Position numbers and translations under genes: made by a program
NCBI GenBank assembly: GCA_013360215.1
Contig: JABWCP010000001.1
Span: forward strand, 325,225-345,224
DNA: 20,000 nucleotides
Origin: a bacterium
GTDB lineage: Bacteria; CLD3; SB21
Direction of reading: 5' to 3'
The notes under the pieces: generated by a model
Seen by the model: only the letters and a program-made list of their open reading frames with translations
The model's database searches: none
What the model was told of the DNA's origin: nothing
In this document: positions 1 through 9,764 of the stretch, piece by piece
Position numbering within the stretch: the stretch's first letter is position 1
How the letters are laid out: every line of letters starts with the position of its first letter

Positions 1-693
1 ATTCCGCATTTATTTGCTATCGTGATAACGACATTGGCCTTTCTCATTTTTTTGGGACGCGCGCATCGCTACGCCCATGCAATAATTCTTGTGCTGTTGC
101 ATTTATTACTCGTAGCGCGCGATGCGATGGGTGAAATCGGGCATAGCGCTAATTTCATCGGTCTGAGTGTTCTGGCTTTAGCTGTAGCCTATGCGTCTTG
201 CGGCCAGGACGGCGAAAGACGACGCATGGCACTGGGACTGACTGTTTTTTTTATCGGACTGGGATATGTATCCGCCGCGCTATGCAAGCTGATTGCCACC
301 GGCGTTTTTTGGCCTGATGGTATGCACCTCGCTCTGTGGATCGCAGAGAAAAAAATAGACACAATCGCCCGCACGGGCATTTACGAAGCTAATCCGCTTC
401 AGCAAATGGTTTTGACACATCACAGTGCAGGTACGTTGATGCTTGGTTTCGGTCTCACTGCGGAATTGCTGGGGTTCCTTATTTGGTGGAAACGATTTCG
501 CCCGTACATCACCCTCTTGCTTGTGGCCATGCACACCGGCATATCGCTTACCATGAATATCCGCTTTGACTCCTTCATTTTGCAACTCCTTATTTTAGGT
601 TTACCTTGGCCGATTTGGAAAAACAAAATATTAGACTACATCTCAAAAGTAAGCGGGAGTCGCAAAATCCTTAACAAAAATGCATCCGTATGA
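1..693 (+). CDS. HTTM-like integral membrane protein, 5'-truncated by the window edge
   Basis: The frame is open from base 1 (IPHLFAIVITTLAF...), so the real start is probably upstream. It has several hydrophobic helices, and 'GYVSAALCKL...WPDG' and 'E(L)LG...RP...MHTGISLTMNI.F' resemble HTTM / vitamin-K carboxylase-like membrane domains. The stop overlaps the next ATG (ATGA 690-693). Confidence 0.6.
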   Translation: MPHLFAIVITTLAFLIFLGRAHRYAHAIILVLLHLLLVARDAMGEIGHSANFIGLSVLALAVAYASCGQDGERRRMALGLTVFFIGLGYVSAALCKLIATGVFWPDGMHLALWIAEKKIDTIARTGIYEANPLQQMVLTHHSAGTLMLGFGLTAELLGFLIWWKRFRPYITLLLVAMHTGISLTMNIRFDSFILQLLILGLPWPIWKNKILDYISKVSGSRKILNKNASV

Positions 694-1376
694 TATTTAT
701 TGTCGTGTGGTTATTGTTGGCATTTTGGCCGATGCAAAAAAATCTGGTTGTTGAAGATTTTGAATCCGATGCACTCGGCGGTATTCCCGCCCGCTGGTAT
801 AATCGCGACGGTACAGGGCGTCCAAATTCCTATAGCGCGGATCTTCGCAGAGGTTACCAATACGAAGTTCTGTCGGAAAAGCCCGGCAACCAATTTTTAC
901 GATACAATGGATACCACGCAAAACACCTCGCGTTCCACTTTGTCAAGGATAGACATTGGTCAATTAAGAAATATCCCGTATTGACGTGGCGGTGGCGTGC
1001 ATGGAAACTTCCGATAGGAGCCAATGAAGCCTTGGATGAAAAAAATGATGCCGTTTTGAGCGTGTATGTTGTTTTTGACAAAGGAAATTGGGTAAGGCCG
1101 CCGCAGGTCATTCGTTATGTATGGAGTTCGACACTCCCTATCGGAACCATACTTACAAAATCCTCCGGGCGTCAGAAGATCGTGGTCATTGCCTCGGGAA
1201 ACAGAGACCTCGGCCAGTGGATCAACGTCACGCGTTCGATCTCAGACGATTATCAAAGCCTGTTCGGACATGCTGAAGTTCCTGATCCGATCTCTCTCCT
1301 CCTATTAAGCGATGCCGATGATACGCAAACATGGGCCATTGGCGACTATGATGATTTCTCCATAGGCAGCTTATGA
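690..1376 (+). CDS. DUF3047 family exported protein
   Basis: Hydrophobic N-terminal signal, then 'YPVLTWRWRA..LP', 'ND....VYVVF', 'IRYVWSSTLP.GT', 'GQW....R.I.DDY..LFG' and 'SDADDT...A...YDD', the motif series typical of DUF3047. ATGA coupling on both sides. Confidence 0.8.
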   Translation: MIFIVVWLLLAFWPMQKNLVVEDFESDALGGIPARWYNRDGTGRPNSYSADLRRGYQYEVLSEKPGNQFLRYNGYHAKHLAFHFVKDRHWSIKKYPVLTWRWRAWKLPIGANEALDEKNDAVLSVYVVFDKGNWVRPPQVIRYVWSSTLPIGTILTKSSGRQKIVVIASGNRDLGQWINVTRSISDDYQSLFGHAEVPDPISLLLLSDADDTQTWAIGDYDDFSIGSL

Positions 1377-2518
1377 AGCCCAAGGTTCTTCACTTTAAGA
1401 CAAATTTTCTCAATCCATCAGAGACGTTTATCGAACGACTTGTTACCGGCCACCAGACCTATGAGCCTATTTGCGCTTGCGCTAATCGCCGAACGCTTGC
1501 CAACAGTATCCGAACGTATGTAATGCCAAAAGATGGTATGACGGGATTAGTCAATCGCTATGAATTGATGCTCAATCGGACACCCCGATTTCTGGATAGA
1601 ATATTTGAGGATGAAAAACCGGATATCATCCATGCACACTTCGGGTTAGATGCATACCGTATGGTACAAATATCCAAAAAAACAAAAACACCGTTGATCG
1701 TTGGGTTCTACGGATCGGACGTCACACGACTTCCCAGAGAATTTGGATGGGAACGGCGATACGCAAGACTCGCGGCGCATGCGGACCATAGTATAGCACT
1801 ATCTTCGCATATGCGTGATCAGCTGATTCAGCTCCGGTTTCCGCCCGACAAAATATCCGTGGTTTATTTCGGCTTAGATCTAAATCGTTTTATTCATCAT
1901 TTACGACCGCATGGAAATCGGATCATGTTGGTCGGTCGAATGGTGGAAAAAAAAGGGTTTTCGACCGCCCTTCAAGCTGCTCAGATACTAAAACAAGACG
2001 GCATACCGTTCGAAATGCACTTCTACGGAGACGGTCCATTGTTGTCTTCGTTGCAGTCCTTGGTCCGGGAACGGAGCTTGCAGGATCGCGTTTCTTTTCA
2101 CGGCTTGGTAAGCAATGAGCAAATACGCCTTGCGTTACATCAAAATCATATCATGATTGTGCCAAGCCGGCGTGCACGCGATGGCGATGAAGAGGGATTG
2201 CCTAATACGCTTATTGAAGCGATGGCTTCCGGTTTACCGGTTGTCGCTTCCCGACACGCGGCGATTCCGGAAGTGATCCGGCACCAAACGGACGGCCTAT
2301 TGTTTGATGAAAATGACGTCCAAGCGCTTGCACTACACTTGAAGTATTTACTTGGGGCGCCAGAAAAAATGAAGAGCCTTTCCGTCAAAGCACGCCAACG
2401 CATCGAACAACTCGGTTTTTCCATTGACACGACCGTTCAAAAGATCGAAGATATTTATTCACACGTTTTGCAAAGTAAAAAATCCAAAACTCGTGATTTC
2501 ACTTTCCGAGCGCAATGA
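1373..2518 (+). CDS. GT4 glycosyltransferase (WcaL/AmsK-like)
   Basis: 'SETFI', 'IIHAHFG', 'F.GSDV', 'VGRMVEKKG' and 'DGDEEGLPNTLIEAMASGLPVVASRHAAIPE' (EX7E motif). Confidence 0.9.
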   Translation: MKPKVLHFKTNFLNPSETFIERLVTGHQTYEPICACANRRTLANSIRTYVMPKDGMTGLVNRYELMLNRTPRFLDRIFEDEKPDIIHAHFGLDAYRMVQISKKTKTPLIVGFYGSDVTRLPREFGWERRYARLAAHADHSIALSSHMRDQLIQLRFPPDKISVVYFGLDLNRFIHHLRPHGNRIMLVGRMVEKKGFSTALQAAQILKQDGIPFEMHFYGDGPLLSSLQSLVRERSLQDRVSFHGLVSNEQIRLALHQNHIMIVPSRRARDGDEEGLPNTLIEAMASGLPVVASRHAAIPEVIRHQTDGLLFDENDVQALALHLKYLLGAPEKMKSLSVKARQRIEQLGFSIDTTVQKIEDIYSHVLQSKKSKTRDFTFRAQ

Positions 2519-3986
2519 ATGCACGTCTGATCGTTTCCCGGTGAACCAAACCAAACTTCCAGCTTAACAAAAAAAATACAATCGCATAAATGACGAAGGA
2601 AATCACAAACCCTGATGCATGCTGCGAAGCATCCAATACTCTATAGCGTATAAACCAAGTTGCCAGCCCTGACAGCGCCGCCAAGATCAGTACTTTCAGA
2701 TAGTGATGGAAAGGAATGACTTTGTAAAACGGCAACTTCATGTGATTTCCGATTCGCCGCAACGCCATGCACCAGGCGGCCATATTGGCCAGCCAGGCGG
2801 CCACAGCTGTCCCTGTAATACCCCACCAATACGTAAACGGAACGCACAATAAGGTGTTTGTGAGTACGAGAAATAACGACAGGAACAAAATTCCTCTTTT
2901 ATCACCGAATGCCTGCAACGCGCCGCCATAGGATGTGACACGGTGAAGCACGATCAAAGAAAACACTTGAAATGGAATAATAGACGCCATATAGGACGAG
3001 CCAAACATCAGGCAAATGAAATCTTGGGCTGAAGCGATAAAAAAAATCGTAATCGGGACGACGATCATCGTCACGTTGCGTATTGCACTATGCCACAATG
3101 CCGTTAAACGCTGCCGATCTTCATCCATAATATGACGTACAAATTGACCGATCAGTGCCGAACTCACCGCATAAGGTATCACCGCAACGATCGGAATTTC
3201 TTGCGCTCCAATATTGTATTCCGCCAAAGCCACCGGTGTTAAAATCGCCGCCACGATAAATTTGTCCACATGTTTATTGAAACGGCTGATCAACGACGCC
3301 GAGCCGATGATAACGGAAAATCGGATCTGCGCTATGACGGATCCTTTGGCCAAGGACTCACGATCGGGAGGCAAAATCAGGTCCATGAGATACCATGACA
3401 TGACAAAACGAATGAAGGCATATGCGGCAAGCCCATAAATAGCATAGGACAATGGAAATTTAAGAATCAGCGGGACTGCCAAAGCCAAAAGCGTCATGAT
3501 GCTGGTAATAATCTGATACCATGCTGCATAAGTTGTTCGAGCGAACGCAATAAGAATATTGGTTACCGGCCATGTCGGAACCTCCAGAATCATAACAAGA
3601 GACATCCAGGGCAAAAACTGTTTTAGATATTCAATCTGACTTTTTTCCCACTCTGCACTGAGAAACGACTCTATTATCAAGGGCAAAAAGCCTATTGCGA
3701 GCCCTACGACCAATGCCATCAGCCCTACAATAGTGAAAGTCTGAAGGACTAAAGCGCGGCGTGCCTGAATTTCAGTTCGTTCAAAAAAATAAAAAATGCT
3801 GTCCGGAAAACCCATGGTCGCAATAAAGCGACCTACCTGAAAAATCATAAGTAAATAGCTCATCACGGCAAAATCAGATTTATCCAGCAACCGAACGATG
3901 ATAATGGCTGTCAAAAGATCAATACCCGTAGTCACAATGCCGGCAGCGGTTACGACAAATGCCTTTTTTCCTAATGCAGATGACAT
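2499..3986 (-). CDS. wzx: Wzx-like oligosaccharide flippase (MOP superfamily)
   Basis: 495 aa with about 12-14 hydrophobic segments, N-terminal 'IIVRLLDKSDFAV' and mid-protein 'VDKFIV...L.P...AEY.IG'. Embedded among glycosyltransferases. Confidence 0.8.
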   Translation of the reverse strand: MSSALGKKAFVVTAAGIVTTGIDLLTAIIIVRLLDKSDFAVMSYLLMIFQVGRFIATMGFPDSIFYFFERTEIQARRALVLQTFTIVGLMALVVGLAIGFLPLIIESFLSAEWEKSQIEYLKQFLPWMSLVMILEVPTWPVTNILIAFARTTYAAWYQIITSIMTLLALAVPLILKFPLSYAIYGLAAYAFIRFVMSWYLMDLILPPDRESLAKGSVIAQIRFSVIIGSASLISRFNKHVDKFIVAAILTPVALAEYNIGAQEIPIVAVIPYAVSSALIGQFVRHIMDEDRQRLTALWHSAIRNVTMIVVPITIFFIASAQDFICLMFGSSYMASIIPFQVFSLIVLHRVTSYGGALQAFGDKRGILFLSLFLVLTNTLLCVPFTYWWGITGTAVAAWLANMAAWCMALRRIGNHMKLPFYKVIPFHHYLKVLILAALSGLATWFIRYRVLDASQHASGFVISFVIYAIVFFLLSWKFGLVHRETIRRAFIALGK

Positions 3987-5236
3987 AATGTACTTAATTG
4001 TTCTGCCAGCTTACTGGCGCCGTTCTCAGAGGAATATTTGTTTATTTGTTCAATCCGCGGATTGAATCTTAGAAGCTGATGGATAGCCGCGCCTTGCAAA
4101 ATTTGAAAGAGGCCATCAGCCGCGTCCTGCGGCGACAGCTGGATGCCGATGCCGGTATCATGCAAGATATGGCTGATTTCAGAATTCGTCGCTAGCGACA
4201 ACACCGGACGACCTATCGGCATGTAGTCCCACAGTTTCGCTGGAATAATGTCATTGCGCATTTCCGAGGCGCTTACAAGGAGAATATCATAGGTTAGCAG
4301 TTCATCAAGCATGGCATTACCATAGACGGGTTTGTGCACCTCAAAATGCGACAAAACGCCAGCGGATTCCGCCAATATACGGTCTTGATCCGTCAGGGGT
4401 GCAAAAGAAATTATTTTAACCGACGGGTTTATTCCGTCGTTGATTTCTTTTAAGCGTTTGAGCATGGCTATTACGGGAATGGCCGGGGACAACCATCGAA
4501 ATGCACCCAAAAAAACGATACGAATTTCATTCGCTGATGACTTATGCGGACGCTGGGTCATTTCTTCATAAACCATATTCTCAAAACCATTATAAATAGT
4601 GGACATGCGGGACGCGCTAGCCGGATAAAATAAGCGATATCGCTCCTCGGTAACACACGACGTAAAAATGATTTTATCAGCATCGTTAATCCATCGGCGT
4701 TCTATCCTGCGGTCATAGACTTGCGTCAGCCTGCTTCTGCGCTGATTGCGCACCGGGCATAGCATCCAGGGATCGCGAAAATCCGCTACCCACTTTACCC
4801 GTAAGGCCTTTGCAACGGTGCGTCCCAACCAATGCGAAGACCATGGATCAGCTGTGCTCCATACAACATCAGGATTAAACTGACGTGCGTAGGCTATGAC
4901 CGACCGACGATGCAACCACAGCAAAGGTAGCCATGTATCAATCGGAAACCACCGAGCTATAAATGAAAATGTCTCTTCTATACGATAAGAAGCCCCATGA
5001 TTTGTCCCTGATGTGGTGCGATCGAGAGGAGTTTTCAGGGAAAGTATCGGTATGCCCTCCAGCAAGGCTATCTCTTCCTCCCCCAATCGCGATGAAGAAT
5101 CGATGGTTACGATTGCCGGCTGCCAACCCAATGACTTCAACCGCACGGCCATTCGATACGGACGCTGGGACCCCACCCTCTTTCTTGGTGGAAAATATGG
5201 CGCTATCATAAGTATGCGATGTGCGTCTTTTTTCAT
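3971..5236 (-). CDS. GT4-family glycosyltransferase
   Basis: 'ILMIAPYFPP...GSQRP', 'WVADFRDPW', 'IYNGF' and 'IPAKLWDYM..GRPVL'. The start is placed at ATG 5236 (MKKDAH...) because it forms an ATGA overlap with the upstream stop. The ORF track uses 5254. Confidence 0.85.
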   Translation of the reverse strand: MKKDAHRILMIAPYFPPRKRVGSQRPYRMAVRLKSLGWQPAIVTIDSSSRLGEEEIALLEGIPILSLKTPLDRTTSGTNHGASYRIEETFSFIARWFPIDTWLPLLWLHRRSVIAYARQFNPDVVWSTADPWSSHWLGRTVAKALRVKWVADFRDPWMLCPVRNQRRSRLTQVYDRRIERRWINDADKIIFTSCVTEERYRLFYPASASRMSTIYNGFENMVYEEMTQRPHKSSANEIRIVFLGAFRWLSPAIPVIAMLKRLKEINDGINPSVKIISFAPLTDQDRILAESAGVLSHFEVHKPVYGNAMLDELLTYDILLVSASEMRNDIIPAKLWDYMPIGRPVLSLATNSEISHILHDTGIGIQLSPQDAADGLFQILQGAAIHQLLRFNPRIEQINKYSSENGASKLAEQLSTLCHLH

Positions 5237-6177
5237 GACGGTTTGCGATGCCACAACTTCTCCGAAAATTCATAGAATGGTTTTTTCTGATGCATCCAAC
5301 CAAAATGAAGCCAATACGGACATACGCTCATAACATCTGATTTTCCCGGCCAGATGGTATGCAGATTTAGTAGTAAATGTTGAAGGGATTCGTTTTGCAC
5401 GCCGCACAAGCGATGGACTTGCGGATCGGTATAATAACGGCATTGAACGTTTTGAAAATCAGCATCATGCTCGACCCAAGAAGCAATATAATCCATTTGT
5501 GGACTTTCATATCCATTCATCCATGGAAGCAATGGAATCCCCAATCGTGCCATTGCGATGGCAAAGCTCCATTCGCACGACTCCAAAGCCCGACCTCTTT
5601 CATAAAGCCGGCTTTGAAAGTGTGTCTCGTGCTTTCTTGCAAGCATTGCCTGTGCTTCCCGGCATACGCGTTCGGTTTGTTCTGCACTCGCTGCGTAGAT
5701 CATACCCGACTGAATACGCGGCAAATATCGTATTCCAAAGCGACCCATCGTTCGTCGTCTTCGATTTAGAAAAATATCGGCAAGTACGCCGAAATCTTTG
5801 GCCGCGCCAAAAAAATGATCCGCGCGGAGATTCCCGGTAATCGTAAATTCATAGCCCGACAGTGTTTTCCATAGACGGTCCGGATTGCGGCAACAAATCA
5901 TGTCACTGTCTAAAAACAAGTTGCGATCAAACGGCAAATACTGATGGATATGATGTTTGAACCCCACAATGGAACTGTGCTCGTCCGCAAGACGGTCCAT
6001 AATCGTAATCTTCAGCTCCGACGCGTGTTTTGCGGCCTCAGCCAAATGCGACTCCGAAGCGATCAACGCAACCGGCCTTGTCACATCGTAACGCCGAATC
6101 GTATGAATCGCCGTGAGTGCATGCCACACGTATTTTTCATCCCCGTATGAATGAAATACGTATCCCTCTCTGTTCAC
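5233..6177 (-). CDS. Putative GT-A fold glycosyltransferase (DxD motif), uncharacterised
   Basis: GTG start preceded by AGGAG (revcomp of ctcct near 6185). N-terminal 'EGYVFHSYG..KY...A...I.TIR' and 'PFDRNLFLDSD' resemble GT8/GT-A nucleotide-sugar binding regions. First gene of the minus-strand GT-GT-wzx operon. Confidence 0.6.
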   Translation of the reverse strand: MNREGYVFHSYGDEKYVWHALTAIHTIRRYDVTRPVALIASESHLAEAAKHASELKITIMDRLADEHSSIVGFKHHIHQYLPFDRNLFLDSDMICCRNPDRLWKTLSGYEFTITGNLRADHFFGAAKDFGVLADIFLNRRRRTMGRFGIRYLPRIQSGMIYAASAEQTERVCREAQAMLARKHETHFQSRLYERGRALESCEWSFAIAMARLGIPLLPWMNGYESPQMDYIASWVEHDADFQNVQCRYYTDPQVHRLCGVQNESLQHLLLNLHTIWPGKSDVMSVCPYWLHFGWMHQKKPFYEFSEKLWHRKPS

Positions 6178-6309
6178 CTGCTGCTCCTCATATTTTGAAT
6201 CTGTTTCCTTTCAATGCAAATCATCTAAATAACAAAATAGTCCAATACAACGGCAAGCGCCGCAAGATTTTTCTTGCGCATGCAAGCACCGCATGGCATG
6301 AACATTTTT

Positions 6310-6381
6310 TTTCATCTATCCGTTACCGGCGCATAATACATCGTTCACAAAAAGCCTACTTTCTAATATCACCGTAACACG
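6310..6381 (+). promoter_or_regulatory. Pho-box-like direct repeats (11-bp period)
   Basis: Half-sites TCAT(6312), TTAC(6323), TAAT(6334) and TCAC(6345) are exactly 11 bp apart, followed by a second pair TAATA(6364)/TAACA(6375). The spacing matches PhoB/OmpR-family tandem binding. Confidence 0.4.
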
Positions 6382-6460
6382 ATTTTTGATTCATTTCGGC
6401 GTACTCTTTGCGTAGCAAATACTATGACAATTCATTAATTCATTTAAAGAAAGAAATGCC

Positions 6461-7675
6461 GTGCTTTCACGTTCAATGGTGTATCCGGTTACTTTTGAAC
6501 CGCCGCGTATCTCTCCGAAACCACAATTAAGGCTGGCCCTTTTTACGGGAAGTTACCAGTACATACGAGATGGTGTCGCGCTGACGTTGAACCGTTGGGT
6601 AAACTATCTTCTTTCACAGAATATCTCTGTGATGATATTCAGCCCCACGGCCAAACACCCGGCTCTGCATACAACCGGCCAACTCATTTCGGCGCCATCA
6701 ATCGCTTTACCCGGTAGATCGGAATACCGCATGGGTATTGGATTTTCGTCGTCCATGAAACGCGAGCTGGCACAATTCGACCCCAATCTCATTCACATCG
6801 CGACACCGGATTTGTTGGGAATTCGAGCGCTTGAATACGCAAAAGCTCAAGATATCCCGATGGTTATGTCATATCACACACACTTTACCGCTTATTTGAA
6901 ATACTACAGACTAAATATGTTCGAGGCATCGGCATGGAAATATTTGACATGGTTTTACGGACAAGCGCGTCGAGTTTACGTGCCTACACAGTCGATGGCC
7001 GAGACTTTGGTTGACCGGAGCCTTAGCGATAAAATCGAAATTTGGCCGAGAGGTGTAGATTCTGATTTATTTCGACCGGAGATCAGAGACAATGCCTGGC
7101 GCCGTCAAATAGGCATAAAGGATGATGAAATCGCTGTGCTTTTTGTATCACGACTAGTTGCGGAAAAAAATCTGAAATTGCTCGGGCAAATTTTAACGCT
7201 CGCCATGCAAATGAACCGACGCATTAGGCCTGTCATCGTCGGAGAAGGACCTGCCAGAAAAGAGCTTCAGAATACGTTGCCATCGGCCATTTTTTTAGGC
7301 CAACAAAATGGCAATGATCTGGCTAAGGTCTATGCGTGCTGCGACGTTTTTTTATTTCCCTCGGAAACGGAAACCTTTGGTAATGTCACACTTGAGGCTT
7401 TGGCGGCGGGCCTTCCGGTGATCGCCGCCGATGCGACCGGCAGCCGATCGCTGATCACCAACGAACATAATGGATTTCTTGCCGAACCCCTTGATGTGAC
7501 AGATTTCGCAGCCAAACTGAATTTAATTTCAGAAAACCGGCAACTACGAAAGCGAATGAGCGCTCAGGCCCGTCAAACAGCTTTGCTTCGCCCATGGTCC
7601 CAGATCCATCAAAGTCTTCTGCAAAGCTATTATGACGTCCTCGCAGAAGGATTTCGCGATGAGGCCGCAGCGTGA
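6461..7675 (+). CDS. GT4 glycosyltransferase, glycolipid synthase-like (MgtA/Agt/SQD2-like subgroup)
   Basis: 'ALFT..Y....DGVALTL', 'PNLIHIATP..LG', 'SYHTHF..Y', 'IWPRGVD...F.P', 'FVSRL..EKN' and 'DVFLFPSETETFGNVTLEALAAGLPV'. The start could also be ATG 6476. Confidence 0.88.
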   Translation: MLSRSMVYPVTFEPPRISPKPQLRLALFTGSYQYIRDGVALTLNRWVNYLLSQNISVMIFSPTAKHPALHTTGQLISAPSIALPGRSEYRMGIGFSSSMKRELAQFDPNLIHIATPDLLGIRALEYAKAQDIPMVMSYHTHFTAYLKYYRLNMFEASAWKYLTWFYGQARRVYVPTQSMAETLVDRSLSDKIEIWPRGVDSDLFRPEIRDNAWRRQIGIKDDEIAVLFVSRLVAEKNLKLLGQILTLAMQMNRRIRPVIVGEGPARKELQNTLPSAIFLGQQNGNDLAKVYACCDVFLFPSETETFGNVTLEALAAGLPVIAADATGSRSLITNEHNGFLAEPLDVTDFAAKLNLISENRQLRKRMSAQARQTALLRPWSQIHQSLLQSYYDVLAEGFRDEAAA

Positions 7676-8805
7676 TTCGCCTGTTTTTTGTATCGCATTC
7701 CATTCCGCCGACGAATGATCTGCTCGAAAATATTGGCGGAATGCAACGTGCCAGCCTCCAATTGTTGGAAGCTCTGCGCAACGAAGTCCATTTTAATGTG
7801 TTGCCTTTTTTACTTATGTCGTCCTGGAGGTTTATCCACATTCAAACAGCCTTCTTTTTGATTAAGCTCATCTTTAGGCTTCCGATCGCAATACGTCGTC
7901 AACGTCCGGAAATCGTGTTGTTTTCAAGTATGGTTACTGCAGCCGTCATGCTGTTTATCAAGAAAAAAGGATCGTCACCCAAATATGTCGCGATCGCCCA
8001 CGGGCGCGACGTGACGCTCCCCAACCCGCTGTATCAGATTATTCTCAAGTGCGTATTCAAGAAACTGGATGGTGTTATTGCCGTCTCTTCGGCCACAAAG
8101 GCAAGTTGTATGGCGTGTGGACTCTCTTCAGATCAGGTTGTGGTTATCCCCAACGCCATACCTCCCGGTTATGATACGCTCCCGATACCGCCGAAGACCA
8201 TAGCCGATTTTCTTTTTCAAAATCATCATATTCCGCGCGAAGCTCGCCCCGTCTTACTGACCGTTGGTAGACTCGTCCTGCGCAAAGGTCACGCATGGTT
8301 TATCGAGCACGTGCTTCAAAGATTAGATCACGACGTGATCTATCTTATCGTCGGCGATGGCCCCGAATACGACACCATCCGCCAAACAATCGCGCGGTCA
8401 CCCAAACGTCACACCATCGCTTTACTTGGCAAAATGCCCGAAGACTGGCTGCTGGGATTGTATGAATACGCGGATATTTTCGTAATGCCCAATATTTCCG
8501 TACCCGGCGATATCGAGGGCTTTGGTATCGTCTTATTGGAAGCCAATCGCGCAGGACTACCCGCCGTGGTAACCGATATCGAAGGTATCACGGATGTAGT
8601 CACCGATGGATTAAACGGATATCGCGTCAAACAAAATGACGCCGCCGGATTTGCTAATAAAATCGATAGTTTGCTGAAAAAAAATATGAAACAAGCCAAG
8701 CCGCAAATCCAGCAACATGTCCGTGGTCATTTTATATGGCCGTGCGTGATAGAAAAATATAACCGATACTTTGCGTCGCTAAGCCCCCGCGCAACCCAAT
8801 CGTAA
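7672..8805 (+). CDS. GT4 glycosyltransferase (PimB-like)
   Basis: 'GGMQR', 'AHGRDVT', 'LLTVGRLVLRKG' and 'DIFVMPN..VPGDIEGFGIVLLEA'. GTGA overlap with the upstream GT. Confidence 0.88.
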   Translation: MIRLFFVSHSIPPTNDLLENIGGMQRASLQLLEALRNEVHFNVLPFLLMSSWRFIHIQTAFFLIKLIFRLPIAIRRQRPEIVLFSSMVTAAVMLFIKKKGSSPKYVAIAHGRDVTLPNPLYQIILKCVFKKLDGVIAVSSATKASCMACGLSSDQVVVIPNAIPPGYDTLPIPPKTIADFLFQNHHIPREARPVLLTVGRLVLRKGHAWFIEHVLQRLDHDVIYLIVGDGPEYDTIRQTIARSPKRHTIALLGKMPEDWLLGLYEYADIFVMPNISVPGDIEGFGIVLLEANRAGLPAVVTDIEGITDVVTDGLNGYRVKQNDAAGFANKIDSLLKKNMKQAKPQIQQHVRGHFIWPCVIEKYNRYFASLSPRATQS

Positions 8806-8907
8806 TGTAGTACTGGCCAGTTTGATTGCACGGCAATACACTAAATTAGAATTACGGGTCTTGATAGTGAGAGACGGACTCTTAAAGTAAGCATGAAGCA
8901 TGCAGAT

Positions 8908-9429
8908 CTAAACTAACCACAGCGCCAGTTTGAAACTACTTAATCCTAGCACGGTACCGGCCAAAATATCCGTAGGATAGTGAACCCCTAAATATACCCT
9001 AGAAACCCCCACCATGCCGGCCCAACCAAAAACGAATGGCGCGGCTTCGGGGACCACATGCGCAATCAACGATGCCATTACAAAAGCGCCGGAGGTATGG
9101 CCGGATGGAAAGCTAAATTCATCCGGCGGAACAATTTTTTGAATGACAAGTACTCCCCCGGAACAAGGTCGCTTACGTTTCAGAGTTTGTTTGGATAGCT
9201 TGTAAATTGTGAGATTGATGGCAAAGGCCAATGCACCGATTTTCCAAATCGCCCCGGCGATAGCGGAATGTGTCCAGGATAGATATGCCGTAGCGAAAAT
9301 ATACGCGTGGCCGTCGCCCAACCGCGACATAGCATAAAACCACGCATGCAACACACGATGCGAAAACGTACGTGACGCGTGTATGACTAACCAATTGTCC
9401 CATTGCTGCAAGGTTTCTAATAATCGCAT
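8908..9429 (-). CDS. PAP2 family membrane lipid phosphatase
   Basis: All three PAP2 motifs are present: K-x6-RP ('KQTLKRKRP'), 'SFPSGH' and 'SRVYLGVHYPTD'. Confidence 0.92.
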   Translation of the reverse strand: MRLLETLQQWDNWLVIHASRTFSHRVLHAWFYAMSRLGDGHAYIFATAYLSWTHSAIAGAIWKIGALAFAINLTIYKLSKQTLKRKRPCSGGVLVIQKIVPPDEFSFPSGHTSGAFVMASLIAHVVPEAAPFVFGWAGMVGVSRVYLGVHYPTDILAGTVLGLSSFKLALWLV

Positions 9430-9682
9430 ATGAAACTATAAAAAAGAATTACAACGCCATAATTATCGGCTTGTTTCGGTTCGATTATATCGCAAGGTTC
9501 TCCTGCAAAATTCAAGCGATTGTACGTATTACTGTTCCTCTTTGCCGAATCCGATGCCTATGTTCATTCACAATTCCTGTTGTGATCCGAAAACTATTAT
9601 TCGTCGGCCACATCGGTGACAGTGATATCATTCCATAATGTCATTGCAGATATGGGCATAGACAACCTAATCGTTATAGATC

Positions 9683-9732
9683 AATAATACAGACCTAACA
9701 CACCGACATTACTCTTAACGATAAACTAATAA
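9683..9732 (+). promoter_or_regulatory. Pho-box-like direct repeats upstream of the TonB receptor operon
   Basis: Pairs TAATA(9685)/TAACA(9696) and TAACG(9716)/TAATA(9727) are each 11 bp apart, the same architecture as 6334-6380. The downstream genes are phosphatases. Confidence 0.4.
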
Positions 9733-9764
9733 ACGATGAGAACCTAAATCGGAAGAAAACAATT

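Noticed and set aside
8806-8907. Terminator between the convergent GT4 and PAP2 genes
   Set aside because: Only a loopless 10-bp palindrome (ACTGGCCAGT, 8812-8821) is present, with no convincing stem-loop plus U-tract.
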